Below, piece after piece: positions 8,532 through 17,286 of a stretch of DNA of 35,621 bases. The position numbers and the translations under genes are program-made. The notes below the pieces were generated by a model, which saw only the letters and a list, made by a program, of their open reading frames with translations, searched no databases and was not told where the DNA came from. Each line of letters begins with the position of its first letter. The first letter of the stretch is position 1. The DNA lies in assembly GCA_030753015.1 (NCBI GenBank), contig JASMDC010000036.1, positions 1 to 35,621 on the forward strand, given 5' to 3'. The stretch comes from Candidatus Undinarchaeales archaeon. GTDB taxonomy: Archaea > SpSt-1190 > JASMDC01.

Positions 8532-10532
8532 ACTCGAAGGTTGGTTCGAGTTACCCATGGGTATACTTAACGGCTTAATTAATCCTTCTATTTCACGTGG
8601 CCACAGGTTCAAGCAGGTATATATACAATACAATCTAAATCACACACAATGAAGACCAATCGGGGATATCGACTTCTAGTATCGATTATGATCATAGCTG
8701 TACTTTTTATGAGCGGTTGTACAGAAAGTCAACCCCCAGCAGAAGTACCCGACCCGAACCAGAAAACACCAGAAACCACCTCCGAAGTGTCCGAAAGGAT
8801 CCAACCGGTACCAGGAATATCCGACCCGGACCAGAAGACGACGGAAGCCACTCCTGAACCGTCCGAAGTGATCCCACCGACACCGTCAACAATCCCGGAT
8901 GCACCCGATGCTAACGAATACATGATCAGTGGTGATGCTAACGCTGATTCAGGGGATTACTCCAAAGCGATAACCGACTATAGCAGAGCTATCGAATTGG
9001 AGCCCAATAACGCTCTGGCATATTCCAGTAGAGCGACCGCTCAAGCAATGCTTGTAGAACATACCAGTGCGATATCCGACTTTAGTAAGGCTATTGAGCT
9101 GGATCCGAAAGATGCGGTGTCATATCGTAATAGAGGAGCTGTACACCAGGCGACAGGAGATAGTGCCAGCGCGATATCCGATTTTGACAAAGCGATCGAA
9201 CTGGACTCAAAAGATGTTGATACATTTTTCAATAGAGGAATGATCCAAGGTATGCTTGGAGATTTCTCCAAAGCCATATCTGACTTTGATAAGGCGATTG
9301 AGCTGAGCACGGAAGACTCTGCGGGATTGTTCAAGATCTATTACATCAGAGGCGCCATCCATAGCGAATTAGGGGAGGATCCCAAAGCCTCATCTGACTA
9401 TAGCAGGGTCATTGAACTGAACTCAGAATTCTCCAGCGCATATTATGATAGAGGAAGTACCTACTACAAGTCAGGTGACTACTCCAGTGCCATATCCGAC
9501 TTCAGCAAAACGATCGAACTGGATCCAGAGAATTTCAAGGCATATTACAACAGAGGGACCGCTCACTGGTTCGTGGGCGTAAGCTCCAAGGAGCTGGAAA
9601 GCGCGTCCAAGGCGATATCCGACTACGATAAGGTAATCGAGTTGGATCCAAGAAATTCAAAAGCATATCAGGGCAGAATCTCTGCTTACCAGTTACTTAA
9701 CGCATTGGGGGATGAGACTAACGCCGTATCAGATTATGATAATGCTATTATGCTAGACTCAAAGGATGCTACTGCATATTATGCTAGGGCAAGGACCTCC
9801 TTCTTGTTAGGAGAACATTCCACTGCTCTAACTGACTATAGTAAAGTCATTGAGCTAGGTGCAGCCGATGCCGTGGTTTATTACGAGCGAGGCGATGCCT
9901 ACGGCGCGTCGATGGAATATTCTGATGCCTTACCTGATTTTGATAAAGCCATCGAGTTGGACCCGGGATATGTCATGGCATATGTTTCCAGGGGAAGTGT
10001 TCATGGCCTATTGAAAGACTACTCAAAGGCAGTATCCGACGCCACCAAAGCTATTGAGCTGGATCCGAATTCTGCTTTAGCATATTTGGGTAGAGGAAAT
10101 GCCTATGCGAGCATGGGCGCAAAATCCTACGTACAAGGAGAAAAATCCAGAGCTTCAGAAGAGTATATCAAAGCCATATCCGATTATACGAAGGTCATAG
10201 AATTAGCACCCACTTACGCTGATGCGTATTACAACCGGGGAACTACGTATTATAACATGGACCTGGGAGATCTATCCAGAGCACAACCTGACTTTGATAA
10301 GACAGAAGCACTAGGAGGAAGAACGTTCAAGAAACCCGAACAAGCAGTTCAGTTCACAGCCAAACAATTCCCATCCTACCCTAAACGCGGGCCATCAGTA
10401 TCCTCCGGATCGGGATACGGCAGCGAAATATTCTCTTCCGCCATGTCTATGCCGACCTGGTCTAACAGAGTCTATGTGAAACCCGCATATGATTGGCAGT
10501 GAGTACAAGTTACCTAGAACCTACTCGAAGGT
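8532..10532. mobile_element. Putative non-autonomous insertion cassette carrying the TPR lipoprotein
   Basis: The 10-bp direct repeat ACTCGAAGGT lies at 8532-8541 and 10523-10532. Imperfect inverted repeats (10/13) lie at 8543-8555 and 10509-10521. The interior is visibly lower in GC. Confidence 0.6.
8649..10502 (+). CDS. Tetratricopeptide-repeat lipoprotein (617 aa)
   Basis: It has the lipobox VLFMSG-C, a Pro/Thr/Glu linker and about 13 TPR units (AISDFDKAIELDP...AYYNRG). Codon usage is AT-richer than in neighbouring genes. Confidence 0.93.
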   Translation: MKTNRGYRLLVSIMIIAVLFMSGCTESQPPAEVPDPNQKTPETTSEVSERIQPVPGISDPDQKTTEATPEPSEVIPPTPSTIPDAPDANEYMISGDANADSGDYSKAITDYSRAIELEPNNALAYSSRATAQAMLVEHTSAISDFSKAIELDPKDAVSYRNRGAVHQATGDSASAISDFDKAIELDSKDVDTFFNRGMIQGMLGDFSKAISDFDKAIELSTEDSAGLFKIYYIRGAIHSELGEDPKASSDYSRVIELNSEFSSAYYDRGSTYYKSGDYSSAISDFSKTIELDPENFKAYYNRGTAHWFVGVSSKELESASKAISDYDKVIELDPRNSKAYQGRISAYQLLNALGDETNAVSDYDNAIMLDSKDATAYYARARTSFLLGEHSTALTDYSKVIELGAADAVVYYERGDAYGASMEYSDALPDFDKAIELDPGYVMAYVSRGSVHGLLKDYSKAVSDATKAIELDPNSALAYLGRGNAYASMGAKSYVQGEKSRASEEYIKAISDYTKVIELAPTYADAYYNRGTTYYNMDLGDLSRAQPDFDKTEALGGRTFKKPEQAVQFTAKQFPSYPKRGPSVSSGSGYGSEIFSSAMSMPTWSNRVYVKPAYDWQ

Positions 10533-10886
10533 GACCTGCACCATCCCTCCAAGCCGGCGGCATCGCTCAATACCAGAGGCCAGTTCCCCGAGCGGTGCGA
10601 ATCCCGAATTGTGGTAGAGTTCAACGATACAGTCAAAGCGATCGGGCTCGGTGAGCGCGGTGGTGGATACCGAACCCTTTGTCCTGCTCGAACCATGAAG
10701 GTACTCCATGAGAGCGTTCACGCGCTTGTCTTCAAGCACGAAATAGAACGATTCGTTCACCTCTAGCTCGACCACATCGCTCTCCAGCAGCACCAGATCC
10801 TCGTCGGGACGGCTGCCACAGATCCGGGAATCGTCATCTGCAATGCCTTCGTGCGGCCTCCAGAATCCGACGACAAGACGCGGCAT
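10521..10886 (-). CDS. Hypothetical protein (121 aa), co-oriented downstream of rpoK
   Basis: It fills the gap after rpoK with plausible composition. Its last codons (ACC TTC GAG + stop) are duplicated at 8530-8541. Confidence 0.6.
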   Translation of the reverse strand: MPRLVVGFWRPHEGIADDDSRICGSRPDEDLVLLESDVVELEVNESFYFVLEDKRVNALMEYLHGSSRTKGSVSTTALTEPDRFDCIVELYHNSGFAPLGELASGIERCRRLGGMVQVTFE

Positions 10887-10906
10887 AGGAACGACCGAGG
10901 AGTTGT

Positions 10907-11134
10907 CTAGTCGATGGCTGTGTTCGGATCGACACGTATTTGAGTTCCAGCGACCGTGCGGACGATCTCCACGGGGATGCGACCTTCCTGAAACTCGAGC
11001 TTCGCGATCTCGATGGGATCCATCATTCCCTCGGGTGGTTCGATGGTCGTCGGGGAGCCATATGCGATCTGAAGAGCGCGAGCCCCGATGATACGCGCCT
11101 TTTCGAACCTTGTCAGCCTGTTATCTGCCCACAT
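10907..11134 (-). CDS. rpoK: DNA-directed RNA polymerase subunit K (Rpo6)
   Basis: It has LTRFEKARIIGARALQIAYGSP...DPIEIAKLEF..GRIP. The start was placed at ATG 11134 behind a GGTGA SD; 11173 is an alternative. Confidence 0.95.
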   Translation of the reverse strand: MWADNRLTRFEKARIIGARALQIAYGSPTTIEPPEGMMDPIEIAKLEFQEGRIPVEIVRTVAGTQIRVDPNTAID

Positions 11135-11172
11135 GAACCTCTCACCCAGGAGGGTGAGAACAGGATCATCCA

Positions 11173-11180
11173 TTTAAATA
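11173..11180. promoter_or_regulatory. TATA box TTTAAATA between divergent rpoK and the TIM-barrel gene
   Basis: It matches the archaeal TATA consensus and lies about 31 nt from ATG 11212 and about 38 nt from ATG 11134. Confidence 0.5.
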
Positions 11181-11211
11181 AGTATTGGGGAAAGCGCCCC
11201 CGGAACACATT

Positions 11212-12063
11212 ATGAAGCAGGTTTTCCTCTCCACTACGTGTCTTGGTGGCGGGACCTCGGCGTCAGAGGTCCTTCGGACGCTCGCCGAGGGCGGTTTCAA
11301 ACGCCTTGAGATGGGTTCATCACATCGTTACGAGAGAGAGCTGGTGCCCACCATCGCACGAGAGGCCAGGGAACTGGACCTGACGCTCCTCACCCATAAC
11401 TACTTTCCCCCGTGCAAGAATCCTTTCATGCTCAATCCCGCGGCAAGCGACGAGGCGTTCGTCGAGCGGTCCCGGGCCTTCATGCTCGAAGCCATCGACG
11501 CCGCTGCCACCCTGGGAAGTCCAGTGTACGGCTTCCATCCGGGATTCCGCCTCGAGCGCTCGCTCGGTTTCGGCCACGTCCTTGAAGACACCTCCCAGCT
11601 CACCGATGCCGATGACGCCTACGAGCGGGCCGTACGCTCGGCCGGGCTCTTCGTCGACCGCGGACGCGAGGCGGGCATCAGGATCCTTGTGGAGAACCTC
11701 GAGAACAAGAACGAGTCGTACATCCTCTGCACCGCCGATGAGCTAAATCGCTTCGTTCGCGACGTCGGAGGAGGCCTGGGCATCCTCCTCGACATCGGAC
11801 ACCTCCGCATAGCGGCACGGAAGCACCGGTTCGATCCCACCAGATTCGTGGACACCTTCGCATCGCTCGTGGGCGAGGTCCATGTGAACTCCAACGACGG
11901 CATCATCGACTCCCACGAGCCCCTCGGGCCGAGCGACATCGGTGAGCTCGAGCTGGTCCGGCGCATCGAGAACGATGTGCCCGTGGTGATGGAGATCACG
12001 AGCTCGGACCTGGGAGTGCTCCGTGAGAACATGCGGCTGGTCGAGAGGACAATCTCCGCGTGA
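11212..12063 (+). CDS. Sugar phosphate isomerase/epimerase (AP endonuclease 2 TIM-barrel family)
   Basis: It has THNYFPP, YGFHPG, ILVENLE, LLDIGHL, EVHVNSNDG..DSH and VVME metal-binding motifs. Confidence 0.85.
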   Translation: MKQVFLSTTCLGGGTSASEVLRTLAEGGFKRLEMGSSHRYERELVPTIAREARELDLTLLTHNYFPPCKNPFMLNPAASDEAFVERSRAFMLEAIDAAATLGSPVYGFHPGFRLERSLGFGHVLEDTSQLTDADDAYERAVRSAGLFVDRGREAGIRILVENLENKNESYILCTADELNRFVRDVGGGLGILLDIGHLRIAARKHRFDPTRFVDTFASLVGEVHVNSNDGIIDSHEPLGPSDIGELELVRRIENDVPVVMEITSSDLGVLRENMRLVERTISA

Positions 12064-12072
12064 GGTCGATCC

Positions 12073-12465
12073 TTAGCCCCACTGCTGTTGCTGCGGGTAG
12101 CCCTGCTGCTGGCCCTGTTGTTGCTGCGGGTAGCCCTGCTGCTGGCCCTGTTGTTGCTGCGGGTAGCCCTGCTGACCCTGTTGTTGGCCCCACTGCTGCT
12201 GCTGCTGCTGCTGCTGACCCCACTGCTGTGGCATCTGCGGCTGTTCGGCGCCGGTGGCGCTCGGGGCCTTTATCGTCTTCTTCTTTTTATTTTTCAGGGC
12301 GAGCATGATGTACCCGATGAGCCCGACGAACGCGAAGAGGAACATACCGGCGCATGCCACAAATATCTTTCCCTCAGGAGTAGAGGTGAGTCCCGAGAAC
12401 AGGCCCGCCTCCTCGGCGGTTGCCACTGTCATGAGTATGACGGCGACAAGATACGCCCTAAGCAT
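12073..12465 (-). CDS. Small membrane protein with a Gln-rich low-complexity cytoplasmic tail
   Basis: It has a signal peptide, a TM helix, a KNKKKK stop-transfer and (GYPQQQQGQQQ)n / QQQWG repeats. Confidence 0.8.
   Translation of the reverse strand: MLRAYLVAVILMTVATAEEAGLFSGLTSTPEGKIFVACAGMFLFAFVGLIGYIMLALKNKKKKTIKAPSATGAEQPQMPQQWGQQQQQQQQWGQQQGQQGYPQQQQGQQQGYPQQQQGQQQGYPQQQQWG
12085..12183. repeat. 33-bp coding tandem repeat, about 3 copies
   Basis: The unit GTTGCTGCGGGTAGCCCTGCTGCTGGCCCTGTT is repeated and encodes GYPQQQQGQQQ on the minus strand. Confidence 0.85.
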
Positions 12466-12520
12466 AGCATTTCAACCACTCCCATGTTATTTATATTTTC
12501 ATCCAGGGAGCGGGGATGGC

Positions 12521-13366
12521 TCAGCTCACCCGAGCGATCACCGCAGCGTGATCCTTCTCGAATGGCATAAGGTGCCTCGTTTCGGCGATGGCGAGCCCCG
12601 AGCGTTTCAGAATCCCCATCTGTTCAGCGAAGATCTTGGAGGGCTGTTGCGACACGTCTATCGACCGCGCCTTGATCATCAGCACGAGGGTCCCTTCGGG
12701 CATGAAGGCACGAACGTTCGCCACGGATATATCAGCCTGGTCAGGCTGGGCCACGTCCTGGTACACCACGTCCACAGGTCCCACCAGATCGGAATATCTC
12801 GCTGGTTTCCTGGCGTCCGCAAGGATGGGTACGATGTTGGGGCGCCGCTCTGCTAGCCGGAACAGGTCGCGCATGGAGCGCGGGGCGAACTCAACCGCGT
12901 ACACCACACCTCGAGTGACTATGTCACTGATGTGGGATATGGTAGTCCCAGATGCCGCACCGAGGTAGAGCACACGCGAGTCGCGTTTGAAGGGAAGGGA
13001 TGCGCATCCCTTAAGGATGGCCGCGGAGAACTTGGACCGGAATGGGTCCCAAACGCGCAGCTCGTCGTCACCATGCTTGATGAGCCGCTCGTCGTACACG
13101 CGCGAACCGGGGATGAGGTTCTTTGTGGCCGGACGAACACGCGTGCCCTCCCGTACCTTGAACATGTTGGGACCCAGGGGTTCGACGTTCTTGCCCGGGC
13201 TCATGGTGAGCCCCGGATGCCGATCGAACTGACGAGGTCGGTCGCGCTGTTGGCGGTATGGCCGGTCGCGTTGCGGCGGTCGACCGCCACGTCCGCGGTC
13301 ACGGCCACGGTCCCAGTTTCTGCCCCCGGAGTTGCCGAAGTTGCGTCGCGGTCTGTCGTTTCCCAT
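12521..13366 (-). CDS. flpA: Fibrillarin-like rRNA/tRNA 2'-O-methyltransferase with an Arg/Gly-rich N-terminal extension
   Basis: It has RVWDPFRSK, VLYLGAASGTTISHISD, VYAVEF, YQDVAQPDQA, IKARSID and PFEKDH. It is coupled to nop5 by a TGATG overlap. Confidence 0.96.
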   Translation of the reverse strand: MGNDRPRRNFGNSGGRNWDRGRDRGRGGRPPQRDRPYRQQRDRPRQFDRHPGLTMSPGKNVEPLGPNMFKVREGTRVRPATKNLIPGSRVYDERLIKHGDDELRVWDPFRSKFSAAILKGCASLPFKRDSRVLYLGAASGTTISHISDIVTRGVVYAVEFAPRSMRDLFRLAERRPNIVPILADARKPARYSDLVGPVDVVYQDVAQPDQADISVANVRAFMPEGTLVLMIKARSIDVSQQPSKIFAEQMGILKRSGLAIAETRHLMPFEKDHAAVIARVS

Positions 13367-14457
13367 CAGGCGCCACCCCCTTTGGCCTTGCCCTGGGCTA
13401 TGATGCGCTCGACCTTCTCATCGAGGGCCGTCTTGAGCTCCTCGCCGTGGTCCTCGTGCGAGTAGAAGTCCATCTTGGCGGCAAGTGATATCTTCGCTGC
13501 CAGCGCCCGCGCCACCTTTCCCCGAAGCTTGGGAGGAGCGTGGCCGATGGCAGGATGCTGGAATATGACACCGTGCTTGGGGGATGGGGTCCCCTTGGCC
13601 AGGTGCTTGAACAGCGCTCGCTCTGCTCCAAGGATCTGGACCGTTGACGATGGCATGCGGGCCAACCGTTCGAGGGTTCCTGAGATCGAGATTATCCGTG
13701 CGCCCAGGTTCGCTCCCGCCACGGTTCTTATGTTGGGGGCGAGCTCGGTCATAAGCACATCGATGTAATTGACGATGGCGTCACGCTGGGTGTACATCTC
13801 ACGGAGGGACGCGGCGAATCCGGACACGGCCGTGATGTCTGCATCGGCGAGCTTTATGCCAAGGGAACGGCCAGCGTACTCGACGATAGTGGGATCGCCT
13901 GAGGTCTGGGCCACGACATCCCGTTCACCGGCGAGCACCAGCGAGACGAACCGTTCGTGGTCGGTCACCTCCTGGTCGAGCTCGGGGAAGTGGATGCCGT
14001 ACCACTCCCTGATCCGCTCGGAAAGGAGGTTCAGGGTCTTGTCCAGCACGTCGAGCGCTTCGATGGCGTTCGTAGCGAGCCGGTCACGCCCGACGCCCTC
14101 GTGCATGGCGAACCGCACCAGGTCTAAGGCCACAGCATTCTTGAGGGCAATGATGTCTTCCACATCCCCGGATCGGAATAATTCGGCCTCGTTCTTGAGG
14201 ATGTACCGGGTAGCAGGGTTCAGGCGCTCTTTCTGATAGCCCTCTTTCTTGGTGTCGAACACCACGTCCTCTCCCTTCTTGGGCTTGACCTTCTTGAGAA
14301 GGGCCTTCTCCTCCTCCACTATCTCGCCTGAAGCGATGCTGTGGAGACGGTCGGCCACTTCTGCGGGCTCACGCGGGAAGGGTACATTAGCACGGAGCTC
14401 TCCCCCTTCGTCCACTGCGTACACTCCGAGGATGTTCCTGCTGATGTAGATGACCAT
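13366..14457 (-). CDS. nop5: C/D-box sRNP protein Nop5 (Nop56/58 homologue)
   Basis: It has ERIREWYGIHFPEL, APNI..VAG..LGAR, PSSTVQILGAERALF, PKHGVIFQHP and RGKVARALAAKISLAAKMD. The start is likely ATG 14457. Confidence 0.96.
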   Translation of the reverse strand: MVIYISRNILGVYAVDEGGELRANVPFPREPAEVADRLHSIASGEIVEEEKALLKKVKPKKGEDVVFDTKKEGYQKERLNPATRYILKNEAELFRSGDVEDIIALKNAVALDLVRFAMHEGVGRDRLATNAIEALDVLDKTLNLLSERIREWYGIHFPELDQEVTDHERFVSLVLAGERDVVAQTSGDPTIVEYAGRSLGIKLADADITAVSGFAASLREMYTQRDAIVNYIDVLMTELAPNIRTVAGANLGARIISISGTLERLARMPSSTVQILGAERALFKHLAKGTPSPKHGVIFQHPAIGHAPPKLRGKVARALAAKISLAAKMDFYSHEDHGEELKTALDEKVERIIAQGKAKGGGA

Positions 14458-14591
14458 ATGCTCGCCGTCCGTTGGTCCGCACCATACCTTGAAAAATGTT
14501 TGGAAAAGGAGCGGCGGCCCATTTCTGGTGTTAAAGTGAGTGGGGACCGGCACGCGACAGTTTTAAATGAGAAGTCGTCCACCAATGCAAC

Positions 14592-16526
14592 GTGCACTCG
14601 GTCGCGCCCCTACATCGGACGATACTTGTCGTCCTAGCCGCGCTCCTCCTCCTGACCACACCGGGAACGGCCATCACCGCCCAGCTCTCGCTCGGACTTA
14701 CCGGTACGCCCGGTAGCGATCTTCACCATCTCAACTCTCCCGGAGGAGTGCACACCGCCGCCATGAAGACCTACGTCGCAGACACGCTCAACCACCGGGT
14801 CATGGTGTTCGACTCCCTGGGCAATCACGTGCTCGACATTGGTACGGGATCCCCCGGTAACGGCAAGGAAGAGCTGAACGAGCCCGCTGATGTGTTCGTC
14901 AGCAATGACCGTATCTACGTTGCGGACACCGGGAACCACAGGATCATGGTGTACTCGCTCACCGGATCACAGACCTCGTCCTTCGGTTTCGGGCTGCCGG
15001 GTGCTGGCCCCGACAACTTCAACGCCCCTTCTGGTATGTCCGTGGCGGGGGACCGCGTGTACGTAGCCGACACAAGGAACCACCGAGTCGTCGTGCTCAC
15101 CCTCGACGGGCGACGCATATCCCAAATAGGGAACGGTGAAGCGGGGGGCGGGGAGCTCCAGCTCGACCGGCCTTCACGTATCGCCACGGATCCTGAGCAC
15201 GTGTACATCGCCGATACCGGCAATAACCGCATCGCCGTGTTCAACCATCGCGGGGAGTACGTTACCCAGATCGCTACCGGGGAGGCTGGTGCCGGGAACG
15301 ATCAGCTCAACGCCCCTCGGGGTGTGGACGTGTACGGCGAGCAGGTCTACGTGGCGGACACCGGCAATAACCGTCTCCAGGTGTTCGATATCAACGGGAC
15401 CCATATCACGACCTATGCTGGGGGTGCGAACACCGACGGTGTCACCGTAGCCTCACTGAAGGACGTCACGGCTACCGGAACGACCGTGGCCCTGGCGGAC
15501 ACGCCGAACCACCGTGTGCTCATCCTCGACACCGTCATCGAGAGAGCGCCGGCCCCGACGGAGGTCCCCGAGGCCGTGAACGCGACAGTCCCAGTTGAAG
15601 GGGATGCGGGCGACATCAATGCAACAACGGCCCCTCCCACCAGTACAGTGGGGACGGGCGAGTACGGCTTCATCCTCATGGGACTGGCTGCGACCGCGGG
15701 GGTCATCATCCTCGTCCTTGCCATCACCATCTACCAGAGGATCATGGAGGGACGTAACCTCAACCTTGTGTTCGACCTGTCGCACGGCGAGCCCGTTGAG
15801 CGCATCAATACACTGGTCCCCTTCCGTCGGGAAGCGACGTCAGGTGGCTTCGTGGTCCAGACCTCCACCGACTTCGCCTGGACAATCACCAACGCCGATG
15901 TGCTCGTGGTCCTGCTCCCCACACGGCTCTTCACGGCCGACGAGGCGCGCATGATCATGCAGCAAGTGTTCGACCGGGGGATGCATCTGCTCCTCCTGGG
16001 ATCTAGCAGGGTGGAGATGAATGCTGCGGCCATGAACTCGCTCTCCGTCGCTGCCGGGATACGCTTCATGAACGACATACTCTGCGACATCGAACAGGCG
16101 GGCACTACGTCCCTCTTCACGCTCTCGCCCATGACCACCACGCTCGTACGCCACCGTCTTACCGAGGGATTCCGTCGCCTCAAGATAATCAACAGCTGCA
16201 CCCTGTTCGTCGAGAAGGGCAGCGCCGTAGCATACGGCGGGGCCACGAGCTTCTCGTATGCAGAGCCTTCCCGGGATCCAGATCCCACAAATCGTCGGGG
16301 CGACACCCCGTTCATGGCGAACGTCGATTACGGAAGGGGAAAGATCGTGTGTTTGGGCGATGCACGCCTCATCTCTTCGGAAGCGCCCTACGAGCACGAG
16401 ACCTTCATCAGGAACCTGATCGCGTGGCTGAAGAAGAAGTGGCCGATGAAAGGACGCATGCCGGTGCCTCCCAAGCCCAAGGAAGAGTCTTCCGAGAAAG
16501 GAACGGATGGGGCGCCCCCCTCCTAG
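14592..16526 (+). CDS. Single-pass membrane protein: extracellular NHL beta-propeller plus a C-terminal GIFT/DUF4350-like domain
   Basis: It has a signal peptide, six NHL repeats (LNxPxGV...YVADTGNHRI), a TM helix, then LVFDLSHGE...DVLVVLLP..LFTADE...GRGKIVCLGD. TTTTAAAT lies at 14561-14568. Confidence 0.85.
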   Translation: MHSVAPLHRTILVVLAALLLLTTPGTAITAQLSLGLTGTPGSDLHHLNSPGGVHTAAMKTYVADTLNHRVMVFDSLGNHVLDIGTGSPGNGKEELNEPADVFVSNDRIYVADTGNHRIMVYSLTGSQTSSFGFGLPGAGPDNFNAPSGMSVAGDRVYVADTRNHRVVVLTLDGRRISQIGNGEAGGGELQLDRPSRIATDPEHVYIADTGNNRIAVFNHRGEYVTQIATGEAGAGNDQLNAPRGVDVYGEQVYVADTGNNRLQVFDINGTHITTYAGGANTDGVTVASLKDVTATGTTVALADTPNHRVLILDTVIERAPAPTEVPEAVNATVPVEGDAGDINATTAPPTSTVGTGEYGFILMGLAATAGVIILVLAITIYQRIMEGRNLNLVFDLSHGEPVERINTLVPFRREATSGGFVVQTSTDFAWTITNADVLVVLLPTRLFTADEARMIMQQVFDRGMHLLLLGSSRVEMNAAAMNSLSVAAGIRFMNDILCDIEQAGTTSLFTLSPMTTTLVRHRLTEGFRRLKIINSCTLFVEKGSAVAYGGATSFSYAEPSRDPDPTNRRGDTPFMANVDYGRGKIVCLGDARLISSEAPYEHETFIRNLIAWLKKKWPMKGRMPVPPKPKEESSEKGTDGAPPS

Positions 16527-16565
16527 AGGGACGCCCACGTCCTGAAAATGGAACTTGTCGCTGTT

Positions 16566-17129
16566 CTACTGCTCGTCCTCAGGACCGAATAGCCCCTCAA
16601 ACACGCGTCGGGCGACCTCCATGGTCCCCTCGGTGAGGATCGCTCCTGAGATCTCCAAGGACGCCTCGCGGTACTCGTCGCGCTGGGAAGCGCGGCCGCT
16701 GGGGTACACTCCGGTCGAACCGGGGATGAGCCCGAGCGTCTCGGCGCCGCGACGGGTCTCGTCGGTAAGGAAGTCCGTCAGCTCCTCGTCGCCCAGTGTG
16801 CTGAGATAGCCGTCGATGAGCGAGATGGAGTGCTCGGGGCCGATATCATCCGCAAGCTTGCGAATGTACGCCTCGCGAACGTAGCCAGGGGACTCCATAC
16901 CGTGCGCGAACACATCGGCCTCGAAAGTCTCCAGATTCTCGCGGTAGACGCTCTTGGTCGGTTCGCTCCAGTTTAGGAGCTCCAAGCTGTCATGGTAATG
17001 GTCCACGCGTGATGTGGCCTTTACCAGTTCATCGGTGTTCCAGGTATCGACCTCGTTTCCGTCGTACCGGACATCGTGCATATAGGAGAGCCAGTTGACC
17101 TCTTCGTTAAGTTCTTCGATATCGTACAT
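16566..17129 (-). CDS. Hypothetical acidic protein (187 aa)
   Basis: It is an open frame with genome-like codons and an AT-rich upstream region containing TTTATATA. No family was recognised. Confidence 0.7.
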   Translation of the reverse strand: MYDIEELNEEVNWLSYMHDVRYDGNEVDTWNTDELVKATSRVDHYHDSLELLNWSEPTKSVYRENLETFEADVFAHGMESPGYVREAYIRKLADDIGPEHSISLIDGYLSTLGDEELTDFLTDETRRGAETLGLIPGSTGVYPSGRASQRDEYREASLEISGAILTEGTMEVARRVFEGLFGPEDEQ

Positions 17130-17286
17130 TTTGAATCCCTCTTGATCAGTATGGACGTGTTCTGCAGGGGCTCCTATATAAAAGGATTTCGGTTAATAAG
17201 ACTTATTAAGGATTATCCGGCCTTAATATATGCTAAATCGGAAGAATCGTGCGTTTTTTTCACACACCAGGCCGGAACGTGAGTTG

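Noticed and set aside
5481-10502. Sec23/24-like + WD40 + TPR read as a complete protocoatomer operon
   Set aside because: The WD40 protein is predicted extracellular, and the TPR protein is a lipoprotein on a low-GC insert that looks recently acquired.
14458-14591. Possible C/D-box sRNA beside nop5
   Set aside because: No RTGATGA / CTGA box pair was seen on either strand. The gap is explained by divergent promoters.
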